Below, piece by piece: positions 1-12,396 of a stretch of 64,000 bases of DNA (the first letter of the stretch is position 1; each line of letters opens with the position of its first letter). The position numbers were made by a program, and so were the translations under genes. This stretch comes from Eledone cirrhosa (taxonomy: Eukaryota), in the NCBI GenBank assembly GCA_964016885.1, contig OZ024744.1:41974001-42038000 (forward strand). The letters run 5' to 3'. The notes beneath the pieces were generated by a model. The model was not told where the DNA came from, made no database searches, and was given only the letters and a program-made list of their open reading frames with translations.

Positions 1-1
1 A

Positions 2-1330
2 GCTATCAATTTCGCTAAAACACTCACAGTGGTTAAGGATTTTGAAGTTGATGTCATCCTTAATGCCCGAAAGTCGGTGATTAATTTCGACGACTCTATT
101 TGGATTAAAAAATCCAATAGTACCCCATTCGACGTGAGTATGGGCGCCAGTGACTCTGCGGAGGTTACTGATCTTATTGGCCTTTTCCTTCTTTTCTCTA
201 TCAAGGACGAATTCCCCAACGCGGGCGGTGGTTTGTACCGTGACGATGGTCTTTTGATCATGACTAAGTGCGGACCTCGTGCTTGCGACAGGTTCAGAAA
301 AGAACTCACAGCCATCTTTAAAGGCTTCGACCTCTCTATACAGGTTGAGGCCAATCACTCGGTCGTTATTTACCTCAACGTTACCCTCAATTTATTGAAT
401 GGGTTGTATTATCCGTATAGAAAGCCGAATAATACGCTTAATTACATAAGTAGGCATTCCAACCATCCTGCCAGCATAACCAAGAACCTGGTAAGAAACG
501 TTTCGTTGAGGCTTTCCCGTCTTTCCACCAACGAGCGCATTTTCAACGACCATTCCACTTATTACAATGAAGCTCTTGCTCGAAGTGGATTTTTCGATAA
601 GGTAGCATATACAGAGTACGAAAATAGACCTAGAAGAAATAGATCCCGTCGCATTTGTTGGTTTAACCCACCATATAATATGGAGGTGGCCACACCATTA
701 GCTAAGATCTTTCTTTCCCTCATTACGAAGCATTTTCCCCCTACACATAAAGATAGTAAGATTTTTAATAGAAATACTATTAAAATTTCTTACTCTACGA
801 CTCCTAACCTTGCACATAACATCACAGCTTCAAATTTAGCTAAACTAGCTAGCCGTAGGAACACGTGCAACCCTGTAGTTAGTACTAACTGTAATTGTAG
901 GAATCGGGCTGATTGCACCCTATCCGGGAAATGCCTCTCTAGTAACATTGTCTACAAATGTAAGGTTGTAACACCCACGTCCCGTAGGGCCTACATAGGG
1001 TTAACTGCCAATAGTTTCAAGCAGCGTCTTTACATGCATACCCATTCTTTTCGTTACCCTCTAAGAAGGAATATGACGTCACTTTCAGCTTATATCTGGA
1101 GTCTAAAAGACAACCACACCCAATATAAGTTACACTGGGAGATCCTAGCTAGGGCTAGATCGTATAACGGAAATAAAAGACCATGTGACCTCTGCGCCGC
1201 TGAGGCCCTGGAAATACTCTACGCTACAGACCACATCTTAAACAAAAAATCTGAGGCAATTTCGGCTTGTAAACATAAATTGCACAAAACTTTCCTGTAT
1301 TACAACCACACGTTATACCCTAACGGATAG
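2..1330 (+). CDS. PLE reverse transcriptase C-terminal half plus GIY-YIG endonuclease (partial, open from window start)
   Basis: FDVSMGASDSAEVTDLIG, YRDDG, SNHP, WFNPP, CNCR..CTLSGKC, IVY...YIGLT, FKQR..H, CDLC, LNKKSE..CKH motifs. Confidence 0.9.
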   Translation, partial: AINFAKTLTVVKDFEVDVILNARKSVINFDDSIWIKKSNSTPFDVSMGASDSAEVTDLIGLFLLFSIKDEFPNAGGGLYRDDGLLIMTKCGPRACDRFRKELTAIFKGFDLSIQVEANHSVVIYLNVTLNLLNGLYYPYRKPNNTLNYISRHSNHPASITKNLVRNVSLRLSRLSTNERIFNDHSTYYNEALARSGFFDKVAYTEYENRPRRNRSRRICWFNPPYNMEVATPLAKIFLSLITKHFPPTHKDSKIFNRNTIKISYSTTPNLAHNITASNLAKLASRRNTCNPVVSTNCNCRNRADCTLSGKCLSSNIVYKCKVVTPTSRRAYIGLTANSFKQRLYMHTHSFRYPLRRNMTSLSAYIWSLKDNHTQYKLHWEILARARSYNGNKRPCDLCAAEALEILYATDHILNKKSEAISACKHKLHKTFLYYNHTLYPNG

Positions 1331-1911
1331 CACGATCTATACGTGGATATTTTACGTCTTGATGTGGGAGCTAAGTATATGTTTTGTTTATTCCTTTACT
1401 TATTTGCATAGGTAAGTATATATTACCCGTATGTTTTGTGAAGGTATGTATACCTTCTCGTACGTATATTTGACTGTTATAGCGTATAATTTTTACATAT
1501 TCTGGTATTTAGGATTTGGCTATGTGTATACGGGAGTTTTGCGTCCACGTGAGTGTGCAGGTTCGTACGTATGGTGGGTGTGTGTATATGTGTACTTCTT
1601 GTTTTAGTTGACTTACGTCTCCGAACATTCGTGTATTTATATGTAGGTATGCGTGTGCGCTTGTTATATACGTATTTATTTACTTATATACGTTTATATA
1701 ATTATTTATTTATTTGTACACAAGCATACACACACACACATATTTATATGTGCGTGGTTTTGTATACCCATGGTAAGGTTTTGCGTATGCTTGTGTATGT
1801 ACGTATCTGTTTGCGTGTATGTATTTATTTGTTTCTATTACTTCTGTATTGTATTTATTTACTTTGTTCTTAACTCTGTAGCGGAGATTCATTTGGTCTC
1901 CTAGTTAGAAT

Positions 1912-2170
1912 TTTAGTCTACGATTTCTGCTATACCATTTACGTGGTTTTGTCTTTGCGTGCTATTGTTCTCCACGCTCCACATATGACTTATTATCTTC
2001 GTTTTTTCGTTCATTGCCAGAGAACGTCTCTATGCACCACCTAAGAGAACATTAGTCTACGACCTCTTTTATACCATAACGTGGTTTTGTCTTTGCGCGT
2101 AATTGTTTTTCACCGCTCCTATTAATGACGTATTATTCGTTTTTTCCCGTTCTTTGCCAGCGAACGTTAT
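1912..2170 (+). repeat. Imperfect ~140-bp tandem duplication in the PLE-1 3' UTR
   Basis: ttagtctacga...acgtggttttgtctttgcg...ttgccag.gaacgt occurs twice. Confidence 0.7.
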
Positions 2171-2328
2171 CACGAACCAAAGTATCGTCTTCCTGTCTTC
2201 CTCCGGTTCCAACGTTTTTTGAAATATCCTGTTCTGCGTTTACAGATTGACTTTGTTAGTTTCAGAAGATCCCGTTAAGAGTGAAAGCAGCGATTCTTTG
2301 CTTAAACTTTAATCTCTTATTTTAATAA

Positions 2329-2420
<92 letters not shown>

Positions 2421-2477
2421 AAGCAAATTATAAACGTAAACATGTAAGTATGTTTTTGAAACGGTGCGCGAGTTTGA

Positions 2478-2848
<371 letters not shown>

Positions 2849-3082
2849 TAAAATAACAGATTAAATATATATATATATACGTATATATATATATATATAA
2901 ATAGTTTATATGTAGGAGTCCATATATATTATAGATGGAGGAGTTCAAGACCGGCTGCCCATGGTAACTTCTATACGTAGATCATCTAACGCTCATAGCC
3001 GAATCAATGGCTGAACTGGTAAGACCGACGGAAACATTGTTTCCTCGGTCCGATTTGGCGAAAGTCGATCGATCCGTGTATA

Positions 3083-3159
<77 letters not shown>

Positions 3160-3315
3160 AGGATCGATCGACTTTCGTCAAATCGGACCGAGGAAACAAT
3201 GTTTCCGTCGGTCTTACCAGTTGCTAGTACTCCAGGCAGAAGGAGCAACGTGAAATAAAGTGTCTTGCTCAAGGAGATAACGCATCGCTCGGTCCAAGAA
3301 ACGAACTCACAACCT
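3160..3315 (-). mobile_element. 5'-truncated tRNA-derived SINE; its tail is mirrored at 3015-3076 across a (TA)n tract
   Basis: Minus strand ggttgtgagttcg...ccttgagcaagacactttatttcac; same family as 23030-23252. Confidence 0.7.
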
Positions 3316-3321
3316 ATATAT

Positions 3322-3387
<66 letters not shown>

Positions 3388-3620
3388 GTATACGTTATGT
3401 ATATATATATATGTATATACATATATATAAACATACGTATATATATATATAGAGAGAGAGGATTAGTATATCTACCAACATATGTATACAGATGTGTACC
3501 CATGCTATCAAATATATGTTATGTCTTAGTACTTTTGTGGTTCTATGCAGGGGAGTGAATTATATGAAAGACGTAAAATAAGAAAATTTTAAAAATTAAA
3601 AATTACTTACTAAAATTTTC

Positions 3621-3702
3621 ACTCCTACTAATTAGTTTCTGTAAGGGAATAAATATAATTACGCAATGTATCTATAGAGAAGTCCTTACGTTATCAGTGA
3701 GT
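3621..3702 (-). ncRNA. Degenerate copy of the hammerhead at 4135-4216
   Basis: Reverse complement reads actca-CTGATAA...GAAAC-taatta-GTA-ggagt; core G8 mutated. Confidence 0.55.
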
Positions 3703-4134
3703 CTATTCTCAGCTAAGTTCCCAGGCAATGAGCGGACACTAGGAACCCATATAAAAATAATAACTCAGTGGATGGAATAAAGCTAGCGGGGACTAAATTC
3801 CAGGGCACTGAAAAAATTCACTGCCTACTTGGTCAGTGGCAAATTCTAAAGAATCAATCACGTGACACTGAGGTTAATCAGTGAGGAGTTGGGTGGTATT
3901 ATGACAAGAGCCCATCTACTAACGTGAACCATAGCAGCAAAATTTGGCAAGTTTCGCTCAACAACTAATTTGGAGATAAATATAGAGAATTAGTATATCT
4001 ACCAACATATGTATACAGATGTATACCCATGCTAGCAAATATATGTTGTGTCTTAGTACCTGTGTGGTTCTATGCAGGGGGGGTGCAGAACAATTATATG
4101 AAAGACGTAAAATAAGAAAATTTACTGAGAATAG

Positions 4135-4216
4135 ACTCCCTGATGACATAAGGACTTCTATATAGTTACATTGCGTAACTATATTTATTCCCTTACAGAA
4201 ACTAATTAGTAGGAGT
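4135..4216 (+). ncRNA. Type I hammerhead ribozyme with extended stem II
   Basis: Stem I ACTCC/GGAGT; CTGATGA core; ~50-nt stem II containing atatagttac/gtaactatat hairpin; GAAAC; palindromic ACTAATTAGT stem III; GUA site. Confidence 0.8.
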
Positions 4217-4272
4217 GAAAATTTTAGTAAGTAAGTTAATTTTTAATTTTTTAAATTTTCTTATTTTACGTC

Positions 4273-4390
<118 letters not shown>

Positions 4391-4515
4391 TAAGGGAGAG
4401 AATTGGGAGTGTGTAACACTCCACTTATCAAATAGGCAGTATATGGTTAGCTCAATGTCAGAAGACAGAGCCGTAATACAATTAACAACAAAGAGCGCTT
4501 AGAACATAGGTATAT

Positions 4516-4573
4516 CTTTAATTGCTAACAGTGTTTCGTCCACACTAGAAGTGGGACTCTTCAGAGCATAAAG
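4516..4573 (-). ncRNA. Type I hammerhead ribozyme at PLE-2 3' end
   Basis: Reverse complement of the 9794-9851 motif. Confidence 0.75.
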
Positions 4574-4690
4574 AGTAAATACATAGTATACAAGCATTGA
4601 CAAAGCCAAAACAGAGGAATATATGTGGGGATACCATAAGTTGGGAGGAGTTTAAAGAGTAAAGTAAAAGGAGTTAAATAAGAAAAGAGT

Positions 4691-4890
4691 AAAATAAAAA
4701 TAAAAATAAAAATAAAAATAAAAATAAAAATAAAAATAAAAATAAAAATAAAAATAAAAATAAAAATAAAAATAAAAATAAAAATAAAAATAAAAATAAA
4801 CAAAAATAAAAATAAAAATAAAAATAAAAATAAAAATAAAAATAAAAATAAAAATAAAAATAAAAATAAAAATAAAAATAAAAATAAAAA
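4691..4890 (+). repeat. (TAAAAA)n microsatellite inside the PLE-2 3' UTR
   Basis: Direct reading; longer complementary copy at 9349-9675. Confidence 0.95.
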
Positions 4891-6051
4891 TGAAAAATAA
4901 GAAATGTTATCACTCACAGTTGGGCAGGGTTCCGTTAACATACAGCTACATACATGTATACGCATAAGCATGAGCACCCGCATGCACCTACACACAAGCA
5001 CCCGTATGCAACACATACAGTATACACTAATACAAATAACATATCATAGACGGATGGGCACAAGTTAAGAGATAGAGATAGATACAAAATAGATAAGAGG
5101 TAGATAAAAAATAGATAAAAAATAGATAAAACATAGATAAAAAATAGATAAAAAATAGATAAAAAATAGTTAAAAAATAGATTAAAAAATAGATAAAAAA
5201 TAGATTAAAAAAAGATAAGAAATAGATAAAAAATAGATAAAAAATAGATAAAAGATAAAAAATAAAATAAAATAAAATAAAATAAGATAAAGTAAAGTAA
5301 AATATACACCAGAAGATAAATAAAACAATACACCAAAAAAAATGGAGTAAAATATACACCATAAAGGAAGGTGTGGGTAAAGATAAGACTGGCAAATGCA
5401 TAAGCTATCAAGCTATGTTCAACAAGTGATATACGTACAATATATAAAATATACAAAAATATATACAAAAATATATATAAAAAATATATATAAAAGAGAC
5501 GCATATATAAGGATATATATATACATATATATACACATATCAGTCCAAGTAATGCATATTTATAAAAATGTAACTGGGGGTAAAAAGATGTAATAAGGGT
5601 AATCAAGATGGTAATTATTAGGGCATGTAACAATAATATTATTATAGAAATCCTAAGGTGACACTAGTGTTGACTCATGGTGATATATGGAATATATCAG
5701 GAGCATACGAACGCCTTAGGTGTTGCAGTTAGCCGCAGTTCAACAATAGAGTGTTCGAATGAGATTTTTTTATGAACAGATGCTATGTCTGCACTAGATT
5801 GAGTTGACCATTACAATGCAATGGAAACATCCCAATGGACAGTCCCAAAAGTTCACACTCCACAGTTCAATCCACAGGTGTGCATTCATAGAGTTGAGCG
5901 GTTGGGCAATCCCAAAAAGTTCACACTCCAAAGTTCAATACACAGATGTGCATTCATAGAGTTGAGCACTCAGGCAAGAATTAATTGGTTAACAAGGTGT
6001 ATCCGTATAACAAGCAGGAGCATATGCTGGGAAGGTTGCAGGTAAATTCAT

Positions 6052-6252
6052 ATACAGCAGCACGAACATCCAGAGGTAAATAACTGAGGCGCATATTAGT
6101 GAGCAGAAGCAGGCAAGTGCAGGTGGTAAAACACAGTCAGGTGAAGCAGGTCATACAGCAGCACGAACATCAAGAGGCAAATAACTGAGGCGCATATTAG
6201 TGAGCAGAAGCAGGCAAGTGCAGGTGGTAAAACACAGTCAGGTGAAGCAGGT
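6052..6252 (+). repeat. ~100-bp tandem duplication in the PLE-2 3' UTR
   Basis: atacagcagcacgaacatc...gtcaggtgaagcagg occurs twice. Confidence 0.85.
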
Positions 6253-7429
6253 TATTATGCATACCATTTAATATAAGAAAACTCCACAACGTGCATAACA
6301 AATAGCTTCCAAAGCCGATAACCACAAAATCACAACATTGAGCAACAATCCGGCATCACAAGAATGTACGCAACATTAGGGTTAGTCCAGAGACAGCATA
6401 TGTATACTTATACATACACACATACACACAAACATGTATATACAGAGACAGTATACATACACATATATACAGAGACAGTATATATATATATATATACACA
6501 TACACGTATATACACATAAATATATACATACACACACACACGCACACCGCACCGGACACCCAAATCTACGCGGATATATTACACAAAATATCTTACCCAG
6601 CTAACAAAAGTTAAAAACCCATAACAGTTGCTCTCACTGTTCGCAGATAATGTAGTTTCACAGTAAATTAGCCAGAGTAATCACGATTAATATTCAAAAT
6701 AAAACCCTATGAGGAGATGCGTATTCCCACGTGTAGTCACCAGATTCAAGTATAAACAAACCGTTAATAAATACGGAAGGCTATCGGGGCCAAGACGTTA
6801 TTCTTGGGAGAATAACACAGAGCGTCAATCTATGGAAGGCCAACTATGCCAAAAATACAACACCGGGCAAAAACACCCCAAAGTCAGCATGTAGACTGTG
6901 AACCGCAGAATAGGAGGGTAACACATACATGTACTCCATATCTACTGCCCACGGCGAGATGGCACAGGTCAGCTCACAGTGACTGGCTAAATCTCCGTCC
7001 CATATGGGCACAGGCCCATTGGTTCACTCCGAGTCAACAAGGTAATTTAAATAAACTAAAATAAGATAAAATGCGAGGGGCAGGTTAAATATAATCAATT
7101 GTGCATCTTATAACGCAGTTCACACTCTACATAGATGCATTACATCACAACTCATGAGCATACAGAGGTACAAATCCATACAATACACGTTGGGATAGAC
7201 CCACCAATCCACAAACACACACACGGTGGCTGGGCAAGTATGGAAGGGTCACATCCACTGTACCGAACAAGGGTGCTTATTAACGTATGCACCAACTCAC
7301 GTATACACCTCAATATCCAAATTCCATATTCACATGCAGGCATACATATACACACAGACACATATACAAACAAAACAAACAATAGGAGACAATTACACTA
7401 GATTGCCCAACTGGAGAATTCTGAAAGTG

Positions 7430-8189
7430 CTAGCTAATAGGCTTAAAGTAAAAGAAAGAGCTTAATATCCGGTGGGGGCAAGAGGAAAATATTTCTGACT
7501 TTCTATTTAGTAGGGAGCACTTGGCAAATATAATAGAGTGGGATTCCGTAAGGCATAGGTTACATACTCTATTATGAGGAGTATATGGATGGGATTTAGC
7601 AACTTGCCGCCAAGTGAGGGTGTACTGTGTTCGTGCATTTTTTTAATTGTGGACGTGCGCTGCCAAGGAGGTAGAATTCTTCAGTTTATTATGTCTAAAT
7701 GTACACTGGTGAGAGTTAAATCTGGTTTTAAAAGGGGTGGAAGTTGATCCAATATAAGTTTTAGTGGACGCAGTAGTTACCACATCACACGCATAAACTA
7801 TGTTTCTAGTAAGGCAGAAACCATTCAAGGGGCAGCCCGAAGCCCTTCTACAGTTACAATTTCTGATGATGCTATTATCTAAATGATCACCAGCTTGCTG
7901 ACCACGGGTGTTCAGGCTACCTCTGTCGACTCCAATGTTTTCCCCTAGGCGTAATGTGTCGAGGCCTTCCTTAATTTTCTTATTATTGGTATTGGCTAGA
8001 TGAGAGGCCAGATTTTGGGTTGTAGAATACGAGAGTTTAACCACATTCTTATTGAGGATAGAATGGTACCTATTACCAGGAGGGAAGTTCCTTTCTAACA
8101 CAGAGAAGAAGGCCCTAGGAATATTCGTAGCCACTTCGGAGTTAAATGGGGGGTTAAAATATGTATTCAATCTTCTTCTATTCTTTTTA

Positions 8190-8239
<50 letters not shown>

Positions 8240-8736
8240 TCCATTGCTAAGGTTACTATGTTCACCTAATCTATGCGGGGAGCTAAGAGGCCTACCATTA
8301 CTGTTACTTAGTCCATTGGTACCCTGTTGGTGCATTTTACCGGCATTCAAAACCCTCATGTTCGAAACACCTCTATTACCAATGGACATGTTATGTGTTA
8401 TAACAACACTGGTAGAGCTACTATTTGGACTATTATTTCCCTGGGCATAATGTAATTTGTCCCTAAAGCCGGATCTAGCTAAGGCATCATTATAATAATC
8501 AGCCTGCGAGTTAAACGCCTCTTCGCTATGTGAGAGTGAACTTATTCTGTTAGAGACCCCCTTCAATATACCACTGATGACCGACTTAGGGTGGTTGGAG
8601 TTAGTATTCACATAAGTCAGCAATTCATTAGGCTTATGGTACGGTGTGTACGTATGGTTACCTAAGTCCAATGTAACATCAAGGAAGTTGACAGTCCTAT
8701 CATTTATATCCATAGTAATGGACAGATTGAAGGTTA
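7430..8736 (-). pseudogene. PLE-2 RT thumb plus GIY-YIG fragment with Asn-rich insert and one in-frame TAA
   Basis: VNFLDVTLDL, SNHP, FNPPF, CNCRR..CPLNGFC, IVY..YIGST; after TAA at 7643 the same frame continues W..CNLCLTE..LLNRKSEIFSSCPH to TAG at 7430. Confidence 0.85.
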
Positions 8737-9348
8737 TGTGTATATATATGTATATATATGTATATATATATCCTTATATATGCGTCTCTTTTATATATAT
8801 TTTTTATATATATTTTTGTATATATTTTTGTATATTTTATATATTGTACGTATATCACTTGTTGAACATAGCTTGATAGCTTATGCATTTGCCAGTCTTA
8901 TCTTTACCCACACCTTCCTTTATGGTGTATATTTTACTCCATTTTTTTTGGTGTATTGTTTTATTTATCTTCTGGTGTATATTTTACTTTACTTTATCTT
9001 ATTTTATTTTATTTTATTTTATTTTATTTTATTTTTTATCTTTTATCTATTTTTTATCTATTTTTTATCTATTTCTTATCTATTTTTTATCTATGTTTTA
9101 TCTATTTTTTATCTATTTTTTTATCTATTTTTTATCTACCTCTTATCTATTTTGTATCTATCTCTATCTCTTAACTTGTGCCCATCCGTCTATGATATGT
9201 TATTTGTATTAGTGTATACTGTATGTGTTGCATACGGGTTCTTGTGTGTAGGTGCATGCGGGTGCTCATGCTTATGCGTATACTTGTATGTAGCTGTATG
9301 TTAACGGAACCCTGCCCAACTGTGAGTGATAACATTTCTTATTTTTCA

Positions 9349-9675
9349 TTTTTATTTTTATTTTTATTTTTATTTTTATTTTTATTTTTATTTTTATTTT
9401 TATTTTTATTTTTATTTTTATTTTTATTTTTATTTTTATTTTTATTTTTATTTTTATTTTTATTTTTATTTTTATTTTTATTTTTATTTTTATTTTTATT
9501 TTTATTTTTATTTTTATTTTTATTTTTATTTTTATTTTTATTTTTATTTTTATTTTTATTTTTATTTTTATTTTTATTTTTATTTTTATTTTTATTTTTA
9601 TTTTTATTTTTATTTTTATTTTTATTTTTATTTTTATTTTTATTTTTATTTTTATTTTTATTTTTATTTTTATTT
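9349..9675 (+). repeat. (TTTTTA)n microsatellite in the inverted arm of PLE-2
   Basis: Direct reading. Confidence 0.95.
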
Positions 9676-9793
9676 TACTCTTTTCTTATTTTACTCCTTT
9701 TACTTTACTCTTTAAACTCCTCCCAACTTATGGTATCCCCACATATATTCTTCTGTTTTGGCTTTGTCAATGCTTGTATACTGTGTATTTACT

Positions 9794-9851
9794 CTTTATG
9801 CTCTGAAGAGTCCCACTTCTAGTGTGGACGAAACACTGTTAGCAATTAAAG
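9794..9851 (+). ncRNA. Type I hammerhead ribozyme in the inverted arm of PLE-2
   Basis: TGCT-CTGAAGA-GTCC(cacttctagtgt)GGAC-GAAAC-act-GT-T-AGCA; predicted GUU site. Confidence 0.75.
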
Positions 9852-9884
9852 ATATACCTATGTTCTAAGCGCTCTTTGTTGTTA

Positions 9885-9933
<49 letters not shown>

Positions 9934-9967
9934 GTATGTATATATATATATATATATGTATATATAG

Positions 9968-10157
9968 TAATAATTGTTTCTACTTTTGGCACAAGGCCAG
10001 CAAATTACCCAGTGCATTACTGGTACTTTATTTTATCGACCCCGTAAGGATGAAAGGCAAAGTTAACCTCGACGAGATTTGAACTCAGACCGTAAAGGGA
10101 CGTAACTATGGTAGAAAGCATAGCATCCAACATTCTACCGATACTGCCAATTCACCA
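9968..10157 (-). mobile_element. tRNA-derived SINE family A
   Basis: Minus strand A box tggcagtatcgg, B box gagttcaaatc, central gcctttcatccttacggggtcgataaaataaagtacc; four copies in window. Confidence 0.8.
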
Positions 10158-10239
10158 ATAATAATAAATTTGAAGAATAAAATCCAAAGGGGGCTCGAAA
10201 ATGATAAAAATATATCAAATATATAAGAACCCTAGAGCA

Positions 10240-10386
10240 AATATTTATTAAAATAACAGATTAAAGTTTAAGCAAAGAATCCCTGCTTTCACCCTTAACG
10301 GATCTTCTGAACCTCTTTCAGATGATCCCGTTAAGGGTGAAAGCAGCGATTCTTTGATTAAAATTTAATCTGTTATTTTAATAAAT
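10240..10386. repeat. Fold-back of the PLE-1-family 3' terminus carrying an HHR-like motif
   Basis: 10240-10310 is inverted relative to 10317-10386 and matches 2261-2330. Confidence 0.75.
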
Positions 10387-10562
<176 letters not shown>

Positions 10563-10690
10563 AAATTTGTGAGATCCTTGGTATAGGTATATTTGAAAAA
10601 AAGGTAAAGAATGACGTTAAAGGAAAGAATGACGTTAAAGGAAAGAATGACGCTAAGCGTTAAAACATTTTATGATTTAATGTTATAATA

Positions 10691-10868
10691 TAATTGTTTC
10701 TACTTTTGACACAAGGCCAGCAATTACTCATACTTTATTTTATCGACCCCGTAAGGATGAAAGGCAAAGTTAACCTTCCGGGATTTGAACTCAGAATGGC
10801 AAGGGTCGTAACTCTATGAGTCAAAGCATGGCGTCCTACCCGCTACCGATACTGCCAATCCACTGCCC
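10691..10868 (-). mobile_element. SINE family A with 13-bp target-site duplication, inserted in a small fold-back (10588-10955)
   Basis: taatgttataata at 10678-10690 and 10869-10881. Confidence 0.8.
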
Positions 10869-10966
10869 TAATGTTATAATATTATTTTATAACATTAAAT
10901 CATAAAAAATTTTAACACGACAAGTGAAGTCATTCTTTTCCTTTTTTCCAAATATATATATATATA

Positions 10967-11762
10967 CTAGCAGCTGAGTCCGGTTGCACCCTGGGCCACT
11001 TTTTATTAAGTTAATAATTTGAAAAATATTATTGAAAGTTTATTGTAAAGAAGCAGTTTCAGGAAAAAAAATAGGAATATGCACTTGGGGCTGGACGGCG
11101 TACAATGAGAAGTGGAGCGACGTGAAAAGCGTTGTTTATTAACAGCGAAATAGCAATGTCGATGATATGCAATTTGAAAAATACTACATACTGTTAGTGG
11201 TGGTTAACATGTATTAGAATTAAAATAAAAACACGCGTCCCTTCTTCGCAATTTAAGGGTTTTATTTCTTTTGATGGAAAACAGTGACCGTACCGCAGAA
11301 TCGATTTCATAAAACGGTACTGTATGATCGTTAAATGTAGAAGGATGATAGTTTATTAACAGCGAAATAGCAATATCGATTATATGCAAGTTTTAAAATG
11401 CATATTATGAAGGTTTGTATGATAGTTTACACTTTTTCCTGAAACTGTTTCTTTATAATAAACTTTCAATAATATTTTTCAAATTTTTGGTACTGTATGT
11501 TAACAGCGAAAGAAGGTTGATGAAATTGTAAATAAGACAAAAGTATTAGAACAGGGGGAAATAACTCACCGAACACGATAGTTTTGGGGCCCCAGGGACC
11601 ACATTTTTCAAGTTAGAAATTTGAAACCTCGTCTATTTGCTTCCTTGGCACTTTTTACATAGGTGTGTAAATTTTCATGTCAGTCCGACTACGTCTACGT
11701 CTACCATTTAACCGAGCACATTTGAATTTCAACCACCGCCCATTTCACAAATATATATTAGA
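10967..11762 (-). mobile_element. Non-autonomous Helitron-like element
   Basis: Minus strand starts A|TC and ends with a degenerate GC-rich hairpin plus CTAG|T; internal inverted repeats at ~11010-11070 and 11432-11485. Confidence 0.65.
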
Positions 11763-11763
11763 T

Positions 11764-12066
<303 letters not shown>

Positions 12067-12083
12067 ATGTATGTATATATATG

Positions 12084-12112
<29 letters not shown>

Positions 12113-12115
<3 letters not shown>

Positions 12116-12386
12116 ATTTAGTATATCTACTAACATATGCGTACAGATGTACGCTAATGCCAGCAAATACACAGGTTATATCATAGTACCTAGGTGGTTC
12201 AATGCAGGAGGATGCAGAACAATAATATATAAGACGTAAAATAAGAAAATAAAAAAATTAAAAAATTAAAATTTTTTTAAAAAATTAACCTACTTACTAA
12301 AATTTTACTAAAATTTTAGTAAGTTAATTTTTTAAAAAATTTTAATTTTTTTTTTTTTTTTTAATTTTCTTATTTTACGTCTTATA
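12113..12386. mobile_element. Short fold-back remnant of the 3455-4280 family
   Basis: Shares ttagtatatctac...aagacgtaaaataagaaaa; 12228-12300 is inverted at 12310-12386. Confidence 0.6.
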
Positions 12387-12396
12387 TATATATATA

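Larger units (their letters stand above)
1..2330 (+). mobile_element. Naiad-type Penelope-like element (PLE-1), 5' part outside window, 3' end abuts (TA)n
   Basis: RT-GIY-YIG ORF followed by ~1 kb 3' UTR that ends at a long (TA)n tract. Confidence 0.85.
4391..9890 (-). mobile_element. Naiad-type PLE-2, 5'-truncated, with ~1.1-kb inverted copy of its 3' end
   Basis: Minus-strand RT thumb plus EN; 4476-5540 is the reverse complement of 8737-9890; (TA)n on both flanks. Confidence 0.85.

Noticed and set aside
2939-2970. Alu-like string aggagttcaagacc...catggt
   Set aside because: Too short, with no other Alu or 7SL sequence; chance or generic B-box similarity
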